Assembly (NCBI RefSeq): GCF_009914755.1
Contig: NC_060940.1
Direction: 5' to 3' (one strand)
Length of the DNA: 64,000 nucleotides
Source: the human T2T-CHM13v2.0 reference genome, Homo sapiens
Under the pieces are notes generated by a model. It was not told the DNA's origin and did no database searches. It worked only from the letters and a program-made list of their open reading frames with translations. This document shows, piece after piece, positions 15,631 to 27,892 of this stretch. A program made the position numbers and the translations under genes. Numbering within the stretch: position 1 is the stretch's first letter; each line of letters opens with the position of its first letter.

Positions 15631-16712
15631 TCTTATTGGTGTGAGCTTTAGAACATTTCTTGGGCTCTGTAAGGCAAAAGTTACACAGTCGATAAAATAG
15701 AAACAGGATGCCTCCACCAAAGTCTCAAAGGGAGGATGGAATTAGTCTAAACGAACTGTCAGGTGCGAGGGTTGGCACCCACTAGGTGTGAGTCGATGTG
15801 CCAGCAGCTCTTCACTTATGACAGATTTGGTTCCTGAAAGAGTTGTCAGTGGGGGCTACTGTGAGGAGGGGGCAGTGGGGCTGGAGCTCCATCAGCCTTG
15901 TGCTTTGGTGACTATGCATGATTGTCCTTAGCTTTTGTCCCCAAATAAAACAGTGTCATAAGGACTCTTGAGCTGATTTCTGGCTCAGAGCCCTCCATTT
16001 TATGCTCTTAGCAAACTACCCATGATATTCTGCCCCAGTCTTCGGAAGGAATCTATTTATAGCAGCCATCATTAACTCTCCCTTCCCGGTCCACAGAGCC
16101 TCACCTGTTCCCCCCTCTCCTGCAGAAGTTGACTTCAGAGCATTTTCGGAGTCTTCTTTGTAATATTAGTTAACATGTACAGGAAAGCCCCAAGGTCATG
16201 TTCCACTCTTGGCACCCTTCACTTTAGATTTGAGAAATCCCCTAAAAGGCTTGTTAGCGGAGGCTGCCTCACACCTATGAAACTTTAAAAATATCTGGCT
16301 AATCAGCCACTTTGCACACTTCCACGCGGGCAGAGAAAGAACCTCTGCTTTCCTCCACATCCCTTCTCCCGGCATCGCATTTGTGCGGACGAGAGCTGTC
16401 AAAATCTGACTTCCTACGGTATTTAAAATACAAGACAGGGAACATCTCATCTGAAACCGGCATTACCACTTAAAGAGGAACCAAAACCAGGAGGGAGAAG
16501 CAGAAAGTGGAGTGGGGAGGAGGGCGTAGGATTCTGGAAGATCTTCCTTGTTCCAATTCACTTTTTACTAGAATCTGGTCATTGGAATTTAAAGGGATAT
16601 TAACAATAATAATATGAAAATAAGTCATCACTTATCAAATGCCTGCTACATGCTAGGAACTCTGGTAACTACTCAATTTTCTTATCTGAGTCTCTCAAAA
16701 ACACTGAAAAGT

Positions 16713-17033
16713 GGCTGGGTGAGGTGGCTCACGCCTGTGGTCCCAGCACTTTGGGAGGCCGAGGTGGGCGGATCAAGAGGTCAGGAGATCGAGACCATCC
16801 TGGCTAACACGGTGAAACTCCATCTCTACTAAACAAAATACAAAAACATTAGCCCGGCGTGGTGGCGGGCGCCTGTAGTCCCAGCTACTCGGGAGGCTGA
16901 GGCAGGAGAATGGCGTGAACCCGGGAGGTGGAGCTTTCAGTGAGCCAAGATTGCGCCACTGCACTTCAGCCTGGGAGACAGAGCGAGACTCCATCTCAAA
17001 AAAATAAATAAATAAATAAAATTTAAAAAAATA
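16713..17033 (+). mobile_element. AluY
   Basis: gagatcgagaccatcctggctaacacgg, gaatggcgtgaacccggg; TSD aaaaacactgaaaa. Confidence 0.96.
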
Positions 17034-17311
17034 AAAAACACTGAAAAATAAATCTCAGCTTACATATCAGCAAATTGGTGTTAAGAAAGGGTTAAGCGGC
17101 AGTCTCAAACTAACACAGCCAGTGTGTACCCTGGGCAGGATTCTCTCCTATCTGTCTCCAAAATCTGTGCTCGTGCCAGTATGCATGCCATCTCCTAGGT
17201 GAAATGCAAATTTCCAACATGGACCATTCTCTAACCTACTTAGATGGAACTGCCATGGGGACTTCTCCTATTGCCTGCCCTTCACCAGAGATAAAGCCAA
17301 TCGCTATTCTA

Positions 17312-17503
17312 CAATGACATTTGTAAACTTGTGAGCCACACAACACTGTCATCAGAATTTTCTGAGAGTGTTTATCGAATACACAGATTCCTGAACCCTC
17401 CTAAGAAGTATTGAATTTGAATCTCTGAAGGGGGCCACGGACACCTCGCGTCATTGAGCATTTCCCGGTGGTGCTTGTCCACAGTGATGCTTCTTAACCA
17501 CTG
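17312..17503. mobile_element. MER5-family DNA transposon remnant
   Basis: catcagaat...cagattcctg...gaatctctg...aaccactg layout. Confidence 0.6.
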
Positions 17504-18104
17504 TTCTATGTCTAAGCTGATTTGCAGAGATTCTTTAGGGCTTGGCTGCGGATAAACCCTGCAGATCCTCTGCAGAAAATGGAAGGCTCCCTTCTCAACA
17601 CCTCCTCCTAGAAAAGTCAACATCAGGGTGAAGGGAGAGAAAATCCGCAGTCCGTGAGCAGATGAATTAGTCTATTCCAAAAGGTGCCCAGTACTGAATT
17701 ATGAAAACAAAGATAAGTGGCACAAGAAGATATCAATTTGTCAGACTCACAAGGAAAAGTCTCGTGAGTTAAAATAGCAGCATCTTAGATTTTGAACTCA
17801 TAGACTGGAGAAAGGGGGGATGATGGAATTAGAAGAAAACTTGCTTATTTGGACAGAGGGAGGGACTTGAGAAAATATCACAGTTATGGAAATGATTCAA
17901 GAGAAAGCAGTTCGTCCAGTCAACCCAGGCAGGGGAGTAGCTAGCAGAGGCTGATTCATTTCAGGCTTCCATCTGGGAGGCAGAAAAACAGGGAGAAAAT
18001 GTGTCCCTAAAAGATGGAGATATGAGGAAGGAGCTGGCAATGATTGACACTGCAGTGCAGAAAACCCAATGAGAAGCTTTCGTCTATGACTTTCACAATC
18101 ACTA

Positions 18105-18400
18105 CAAAAGCAACTACTGTGTACCGGGCACTGTGCTATGTGCTAGGGTCTCAGAGAAAAGAAAACACAATCTCTGTCCAGATACAGTATGATTCAACTG
18201 TCACAGTCTGGTGGAGGGACAGAATTATAAACAGACAACCATAACATGGTGTAATAGCACTGTACTACAAACAGAGGCAAGGGGACCGTGAGAACATAGA
18301 GGGAGGGCTGTGTTAAGTTAGGGAAGGTAAATCAAGGAAGGCTGCCTGGAGGTGATGACGTCTCAGCAGCCTCTGGGTAGATTAGAATTAGGCTGGGAGG
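18105..18400 (-). mobile_element. L2 fragment
   Basis: tgtgtaccgggcactgtgctatgtgctaggg...cacagtctggtggagggacaga...aatcaaggaaggctgcctggagg. Confidence 0.7.
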
Positions 18401-18459
18401 AAAAAAGGGGGACAGATTCAGAGCTCCCACAAGATGGGTACAAACTAGGCTTTTGTAAT

Positions 18460-18770
18460 TTTTATTTTTTATTTATTTATTTTTGAGACAGAGTCTTGCT
18501 CTACTGCCCAGGCTGGAGTGCAGTGGTGCAATCTCGGCTCACAGCAACCTCTGCCTACTGGGATCAAGTGATTCTCGTGCCTCAGCCTCATGAGTAGCTG
18601 GGATTACAGTAGCCAGCCACCATACCTGGCTAATTTTTTTTTGTATTTTGAGTAGAGAAGGGGTTTCACCATGTTGGGCCAGGCTTTTCTCAAACTCCTG
18701 ACCTCAAGTGATCTGCCCGCCTTGGCCTCCCGAAGTACTGAGATTACAGGCATGAGCCACCGTGTTCGGC
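18460..18770 (-). mobile_element. Alu (AluS) inserted in the source copy of the local duplication
   Basis: Antisense dimer; TSD aggcttttRtaa. Confidence 0.95.
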
Positions 18771-19532
18771 TGAGGCTTTTATAAATTTCTATCCTCATCC
18801 AAAATTGGCTTAGTTACTGAGATGAAACTGAGACCAAGAATTTGGTGTTCCTGGTGTTAGATCCACCAGGAATTGGGGGTATAGAGGGCAAGAAGAGGAA
18901 TGACGCTTCCTGGACCCATGTGGTGAGAAGAAATTGGGAAAGCAGTAATTCAAACACTGCAATCATAATTGCCCCTAAGTGGTATGAATGGCACCTTCTG
19001 TGGGTTCAGAAGAGGGTAATGGGAGGCCAAAATGGCCACCAAATATGGAACAGGCGGAACTTGTGTAAGGGGCTGGTTTTATATTGGTGAGGTTGGAATA
19101 GACAGGAAAATTGAATGTGTTAAATAGTTAGATTATAGTAGTCAGTGTAGTCTGGGTATGCTGTTCCCACTGTCTCCTCAGACTTGGGCTCTCTGGACGG
19201 GGTTCTTTTGAGGATGGGTTAGTATTTATTAGGCATAGAGAAACAGCATGTCTCAAATAATCCTTCTGAGTTCCCTGAGGAGTGGTTTCCTATGTGCCGA
19301 GGGTTTGTTTGAGTGCAGAGGACACTACAGAAGGATTGCATGTTGACCTGTGGCATTTAATCAAAATAACCTTTCTGTTCCAATGTAACTGTTGAACACA
19401 TTCAATTTATTTGTCTATTCCACTGGAACCTTTAGGGAAGGTGTCGTTCATTGACAGTATTTGGTCTAAATTCTAAGAGTGAGATTAATGAAATCCAGTT
19501 TGCCAAGTTGAATGAGAACAGAAGATGGGTAG

Positions 19533-19862
<330 letters not shown>

Positions 19863-19887
19863 TTTGTTTTCATTTTAACAGAGTTCT

Positions 19888-20031
19888 CACCAGGTGTGGT
19901 GGCTCATACCTGTAATCTCAGCAATTTGGGAGGCCGAGGCAGGAGGAGTGAGCCCATGAGTTAGAGAACAGCCCTAGGCAACATAGCAAGACATTGTCTC
20001 TACAAATAATTATTTTAGAAAAGAAAAAAAA
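19888..20031 (+). mobile_element. Alu monomer (FLAM/AluJ left arm)
   Basis: Single arm ending in an A-rich tail; TSD gagttctca. Confidence 0.85.
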
Positions 20032-20414
20032 TGGAGTTCTCAATGCAATTTGAGCCATACGCAGAAGATAAAACACAGGTTTTTAATCCATAAAGCACAG
20101 GTCTTAATCCATAGACACCAATAAGATCTCTGAACCCCCTAAAATTCTTTAGTCTTTTGAGTACATGTACATAGCTACATTTTTTTTTCTGGGGAATAAA
20201 TCCATTGCTTTAACATTTTCAAAGAGGTAAGGCTCACACACCCATGCACATGCATTCACACTCACACAAAAGGTTAAAAGCCGTGGATTTAGGGCGATGA
20301 GCTTGAGTAAAGCATTGAACGTTGGAAGCCTGAAAAGGTTTATATTTTGGTTTCTGTCCAAAATGAATTATTTTCTCCAGAATCACATATTGAAGGCACC
20401 TTATGTAAGCCAGG

Positions 20415-20416
<2 letters not shown>

Positions 20417-20447
<31 letters not shown>
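20417..20447. repeat. Orphan T31 homopolymer
   Basis: 31 consecutive T with no adjacent Alu or L1 body. Confidence 0.95.
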
Positions 20448-20643
20448 CAGTTAGTCTTGGTTAAGTTGGATTTGATGATGAGTTAGGATGAAGGTAAGGT
20501 CAGAATTGCGCCACATTCAAGAAATGCACAGACAGATAAGTCTGATAATTGCCCCATAGGGAAGAAGTGCACGAGACACCACAGTCTGGCAGAGTGACCT
20601 AATAGCACTCTTTCTGTGTAGGAAATAGAATTAAGTAGATATT

Positions 20644-20671
20644 AATTGAAATGCAAATGTTTGATTTGCAT
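20644..20671. promoter_or_regulatory. Paired inverted octamer (POU) motifs in a repeat-poor island
   Basis: ATGCAAAT at 20651-20658 and ATTTGCAT at 20664-20671; the motifs are exact, function is inferred. Confidence 0.45.
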
Positions 20672-21474
20672 CGAATTGAATAGAAAGAACCCTTTATGTG
20701 CACTTAATACTCATGTACACGTTGCTGTTGAGGGCAAACACATTTGGCATTTTTGCCCACTTGATGTTTACAAAAAGGGAGGCATTCCCATTTTGCAAAC
20801 AGCCCACAGGTACATTAAATAACCCATTTCATGATGGACATCTGGACTCCTCAAACCTGCCAAAAGTGGCTAGGCTCACGGCCGCCTTCCAACTTTATGA
20901 TGGAGAACGGCTCCCTTCAAATGTAAAAACCATCACTCAGCAAAGCGTGGCAGGTTGGGGTCTCATCTGTCCAAATGTAGCACACACATTCATTTTGATT
21001 TCAGCTGTGTCCAATTCGCTGCCTGCATATGCAATATCGCACACACCTGAGCAGGAAAAAAAAAAAAAAACCTTGTCAATTAAAGCAGCAATTTTATAAG
21101 GTGGCCTGACAGTGGTCACCTGAATGATGGCGAAACTCATTAGTGAGATACATAGGTAGGTAGGAATAACTGACAGGCCTCTTTAATTTGGGATTTTGTA
21201 TAAAATTGTGAAAAACAGGCTTAGCTGAGCGTAATGAAACCCACACTGTGCAAGAGAAAGCAGAAATATTTGACTATGGAGTTATTATAAGCATCGTTTC
21301 TAGCCTTCCGCACTGAGTGTATGATAAAGTCCTTGGCCAGGTGCGGTCAGGATAATTCACTCCAACTTGCTCCAGTCCATCCTTCACTTCCCTTTGATGA
21401 TCTTTTGTGTGTGCGGTACTCATTCCAGCCAGTGCGTTTGAACGGCGCTTGCAGTAAAAGCTGGGAGAGTTCGA

Positions 21475-21493
21475 GGTCGCCACCTAGTGGCCA
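21475..21493 (-). promoter_or_regulatory. CTCF binding motif
   Basis: Minus strand TGGCCACTAGGTGGCGACC fits the core CCASYAGRKGGCR; 11 CpGs in 21295-21527, in non-repeat DNA. Confidence 0.7.
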
Positions 21494-22111
21494 GCAAGAC
21501 TGCTATTCACGCTCCCATTTTGTCCCGGACCAGGGGTCAGTTTGCAGATCCTTCATGAGTCATTGTCATAATGGGACTCAAATATCAATGTTTGCCTCTA
21601 AAGTTCACTTCAAATAGAAATGTTAAAAAAAAAAAAACCCTAGGATATCTCTAAGTGGCGATCTCCTGACCTCAACCCATTTGATGCGTGCTATACAGAT
21701 AAAAAGCAAAACCCATGGCAGAAAAGGCTATTTTCGGAGGCCCACGATGTAAAGAAAGCATAAGCAGGCATATGTATACATGTGTATTTTTGCAGGCGTG
21801 TATCAGAAGTTGCAGATGCAAAGATTTTGCAATTGAAAGTTTCCAACTTTCCTCCCATGTAAATATAATATTTTCATTTTTGTGCACAAATGGTTGACTT
21901 TCAAGGTATAACAATTATGCAATTAAAATAAGAAAGATTGTACTGAGTACCAATTATGTGCCTGGAACTGTGCTAGGCAATTTTCATATGTTATTCATTA
22001 AAATGTATATAATTCAATCTTACTAGGAAGGGGCCTTAATGTGGGTGCAGCCCAGCCTTTCTACCCAATAACAAAAAACCCTCCACACTGGTGCCTCTCA
22101 AATATCTATGA

Positions 22112-22648
<537 letters not shown>

Positions 22649-25264
22649 TAGACTGGTGTCAATATTCAGACCACATTTTGAATAGAGCTGATCTATAGGA
22701 TCCTTGCCTGGCATCATCTAGTCACGGAATAGCTTCCATGCCCAAGACTACTACCTCACAACGCAGCCCATTCCATTGCTGGACTGGTTTGATGACCGCA
22801 AACCTAAATCTGCTTTTCTGTATTCATTGGCTGTGACTCTACCTCTCATCCATCCTCAACAAGACTCATCTTTCATTCCCCAGTCACAGCTTTTCAGATA
22901 TAGGATAACTGCCTCAGGATCAAGTTCTGACTTCCATCCTCCTTCTACATACTTGATTTTGCAATAGTCCACTTAAAGTGGCTTTCAGGAATAAATGCAG
23001 CTGGAGGCAATAAGAGAGGTTTCCACCTCATTGTCTTGCTTCTCTGTCACCTAATTTCTGACTTATTCAAAAGAGGAGAGAAGAGTGATCTCATGGTTCA
23101 GGATGCAGATACTATTTGACCCTGTTCACGGTAGGCTAGGTCACTGTGGAGTTCAAGATCATGCACCCAGGAGTTATTCTCTCCTTTGCATTTCTGCCAT
23201 CATTTGACAGAAAGTAAAATGTTCATGGCTGCCTGATTTCATAGGAGCATTCAGGATGGTTACTCTCTTTTCTTGCATAATCTAAAAAGCCATTGCTTTA
23301 AGTTCCTGTATCATGTGGCTGGCAATACATGGAAAGATACATCAATTCATATTAATGTTTAAAGGAGCAGGTAAAGAACTTGCCTAGGCTTCAAGATAAA
23401 GCCAAAAGCTTCAAGATGGCTCCTTCAAAGAGGTTCTTTGGCCTGGACCTAGGTAGTTGCAAATTCATAGTCGTATTTTCACTTGCTCTGCCTTTTGATG
23501 TGAAATGTTGATCCAGTTACTAAACATTCCTGTGCCTTAATTTCGTCCTCTGAAAAAAAGTGGATATAATAGAATTTACTTCATATGGTGGCTATGAAGA
23601 TTAAATGACATTTAACAAAATAATCCATGCAACACACTTAGAACAGATCACCAAACCTTGGAAGCAAATGCTTAGGATGATTTTGATTTTTAACAGATGA
23701 CTATTGTCTTTTAACTTCCCAGGGAACTTTGAGAAGATGTGTTTGATTGGAAGGCATGTGAATATTCCTGGAGCTTCTAATCAAAGACCATGAAATACCA
23801 TTGCAATGACATGAAGTCAGAATACATACAGTACGGTCTAACCACCAGGAAGTAGGAAGGGAAATTTACCTTTCTGGTTCTGAAGGTGTTCTTCCTGTTA
23901 ATTTAGCCGTCAAACACATCAGTTTACTATGGCAGTGCTGGCGTTGCTTTTACTGTTAGCCACTTTGACTTGTTTTCTTGTGATAACATCATAATCTTAG
24001 TTCATACTGACCTTTTCCCCAGCCAAAACACCTAAGTAGCTCTCATTTGTGTCTCTCTAAGCACATCCTTTATCCTCTACTTGGACTTCCTTTAGGGGAT
24101 TGGGTGCAGAATCTTATGTGTATTCCTGTTCAGTTTTATCTCACACTTGGCCCACGGCTTCCAAATATCATCATTAGTATTAAATAGAGATGTCATCTAG
24201 TCTAGGGTTTGGTGCACCCTATTTTTTTCCATAAAACTCTGTGTTCAACTCATATCTTGTGTGAAATCCAAGAAGTTACAGCAATGACAATGGAGATTTC
24301 TGAGAGAAGTGGGGACAGGGTCTTGCCCACTGGACTTCCCCAGAAGCCACTGGAAGTCCTTTATAAAACCCCAAGAATCTGAGAAGCCAAGTTGTAAACA
24401 TGCTTCCTAAGCCTAACTCTATTATTTTACCAATGGGGAGACTGAGGCCAAGAGAGCATATGAGAGTTATACAAAATGATGCAGCTAATTAATGGCGCAG
24501 CTGGGTCTATTTCATTTCTACTAGAAAAATGGAAAATGGGATATCACCTTTCCTTAAATCCAAGTCTTAAATGTCAGAATCTATCAGCTTTGGAGATTTA
24601 TCTGTGAACACAGGGTCAAAGCTGGACTCTGAAAGGTTAAGCCTTTAATCAAATCATGGAATTGATCCCTTGCAGGTCAAGTGGATTCCTATAAAATGTG
24701 CTCATGCATCATTAGCCACCTATCCAATTTTGTATATGTGCAACACTGGTCATTTAATGGGATTTGGTTAAAAAAATGCCGCAGCACAGAATGCCTTCAG
24801 TTGAGAACTCCATGCAGCAGTAATGTTGTCTCAGGTAATTTATTCCTTATTCATGAAGTTCTTCTGACTCCAGAGGTTCTGCTCTTGACCACGATGTCTG
24901 CTTCTTCTCAATGTGCTCACTGTCCTATAAATAACGCAGTTAGCAAAGTGAGCTGAAGAGGAGCTGACATTTAGCAAAGAATTATTAGATTCCAGGCAAC
25001 TGCCTTAAAATATTTTTATTAATTTATTCATACAATGCTCACAATCACCCTTTGAGGTAGGTAGGTAGTAGTACTCATAGTAGTAGTATTTTAACCATTT
25101 CATATATATCCATATGTCAGAAATATATACATTCATAGATATAAATAGCTATGAGAAATATATCTATTCATATATAGAGAGATACATGTAAGTTATATAG
25201 ATTATAAATCAGGGACCATCTGTATATATATTTATAGGCCATCTGTATATATATTCATATTATA

Positions 25265-25648
25265 CAGATGGTCCCCAACTTACCATGATGCAACTTACAA
25301 TGGTTCAGCTACGGTTTTTCAACTTTATGATGGTGCAAAAGTAATACACATTCAGTAGAAACCCATACTTCAAATACCCATACAACCCTTCTGTTTTTTA
25401 CCATCAGTACAACATTCAACAAATTACATGAGATATTCAACCCTTCATTATAAAATAGGCTTTATGCTAGATAATTGTGCCCAAAGGTAGGCTAATCTAA
25501 GTGTTCTGAGCATGTTTAAAGTGGTTAGGCTACGCTATGATGTTTGGTTACGAAGTTACATATATAAAATGTATTTTTGACTTCGATATTTTCAACTTAT
25601 GATGGGTTTATTGGGATGTAATGCCATCGTTAAGTCAAGGAACATTTG
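25265..25648 (-). mobile_element. MER47A (TcMar-Tigger)
   Basis: Ends cagatggtccccaacttac ... taagtcaaggaacatttg; internal ttataaaataggcttt, gtgttctgagcatgtttaa; TA at the left end. Confidence 0.85.
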
Positions 25649-25729
25649 TGTGTATGTATGTGTGTGCGTATAGATATATATGTGTGTGTATATACATATA
25701 TCTCAAGTCTAATTATCTAATTATCTCTA

Positions 25730-26113
<384 letters not shown>

Positions 26114-26221
26114 AAGAAATTCCAGTTTCTAGACTGTGAGTTTAACCACCTTGCTGTGCTATTGCTAACAATTATGCCGGATGCTTTCATCCACGGTATT
26201 TCATTTCAAACACACACACAC

Positions 26222-26400
26222 ACGGAGCCAACTTATCCATTAGGTACAGTAGGCACAGTGCCTACGGCTCACAATAATTTTCGGAGCGTATGAAAATGTT
26301 TTCATGTCTTTTAAAAACAGAAAAAAAAAGAATCAACTTTAGATTAAAGAAAATGTCCTGATATATAATCTCAATATCCTTGCCTTTATACCAAATGAAA
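26222..26400 (+). mobile_element. hAT (Tip100-like) DNA transposon end fragment
   Basis: cttatccattaggtacagtaggcacagtgccta...gaaaatgtttt; subfamily uncertain. Confidence 0.5.
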
Positions 26401-26924
26401 TATGCTGTTCAATATTTCCTATGGAGAGGGAGACTATGGCTTTGGAATATGACCTTGTGTGTACAAACGGCACTATTATCCCCATGTTGCAGAACATGAA
26501 GCTGAGGTTCCGAGAAGCGAGTTCACATGTCCCAGTTAACTCAGGACGCAGCAGACAGGACCTGCACACACGCTGTGGTCTGTGAGCTCCAAAGTCAGCA
26601 ATCTTTGCAGCAGATGCTTTCATGGACAATGGCAGAAAGGTTCTATTTTAGAGTTCCCTTTCAGGAGGCACGAATAAACATGCTCTCTCCAGCTCGAAGC
26701 CAAAGAACCCCAGGTGCCACCTGGTCATGATATTTTGGGGTAGGGAAGCAGGCATCCATGGTTACACCCTTCTTCTACAATCTGGAAACGCAAGAAGAAA
26801 GGAGGAAGCTGGAGGGACTGTGGTTAGAAAGAAGCTAGGAGCTGAGCAAGCATTGCCCATCTTCAGGGTCTTTGTTTTTCTCAAGGATAAAAAAAAAAAA
26901 AAAAAGTATTCTCTTCCCACACTC

Positions 26925-27892
26925 TGTAGGGGTGGGTTGCCCCTACACACCTGTGGGTGTTTCTCGTAAGGTGGGACGAGAGATTTGGAAAAGAAAAAGA
27001 CACAGAGACAAAGTATAGAGAAAGAAATAAGGGGACCCGGGGAACCAGCGTTCAGCATATGGAGGATCCCGCCAGCCTCTGAGTTCCCTTAGTATTTATT
27101 CATCATCTGTGGGTGTTTCTCAAAGAGGGGGATGTGTCAGGGTCACAAGACAATTGTGGGGAGAGGGTCAGCAGACAAACACGTGAACAAACGTCTTGGC
27201 ATCATAGACAATGTAAAGGATTAAGTGCTGTGCTTTTAGATATGCATACACATAAACATCTCAATGCTTTACAAAGCAGTATTGCTGCCCGCAGGTCCCA
27301 CCTCCAGCCCTAAGGCGGTTTTTCCCTATCTCAGTAGATGGAGCATACAATCGGGTTTTATACCGAGACATTCCATTGCCCAGGGACAGGCAGGAGACAG
27401 ATGCCTTCCTCTTGTCTCAACTGCAAGAGGCATTCCTTCCTCTTTTACTAATCCTCCTCAGCACAGACCCTTTACGGGTGTCGGGCTGGGGGACGGTCAG
27501 GTCTTTCCCTTCCCACGAGGCCATATTTCAGACTATCACATGGGGAGAAACCTTGGACAATACCTGGTTTTCCTAGGCAGAGGTCCCTGCGGCCTTCCGC
27601 AGTGTTTGTGTCCCTGGGTACTTGAGATTAAGGAGTGGTGATGACTCTTAAGGAGCGTGCTGCCTTCAAGCATCTGTTTAACAAAGCACATCCTGCACCG
27701 CCCTTAATCCATTCAACTCTGAGTTGACACAGCACACGTTTCAGAGAGCATGGGGTTGGGGGTAAGGTTATAGATTAACAGAATCTCAAGGCAGAAGAAT
27801 TTTTCTTAGTACATAACAAAATGGAGTCTCCTATGTCTACTTCTTTCTACACAGACACAGTAACAATCTGATCTCTCTTGCTTTTCCCCACA
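26925..27892 (-). mobile_element. HERV-K(HML-2) LTR5_Hs solo LTR, full length (968 bp)
   Basis: Minus strand starts TGTGGGGAAAAGCAAGAGAGATCAG and ends GGGGCAACCCACCCCTACA; TATAAAA at 27362-27356; AATAAA at 27100-27095; flanking direct repeat cacactc; no PBS or internal sequence. Confidence 0.98.

Noticed and set aside
15775-15795. Second CTCF-like motif (CCACTAGGTGTGAG); others near 26715 and 34883
   Set aside because: Mismatches in the core and no supporting CpG context.
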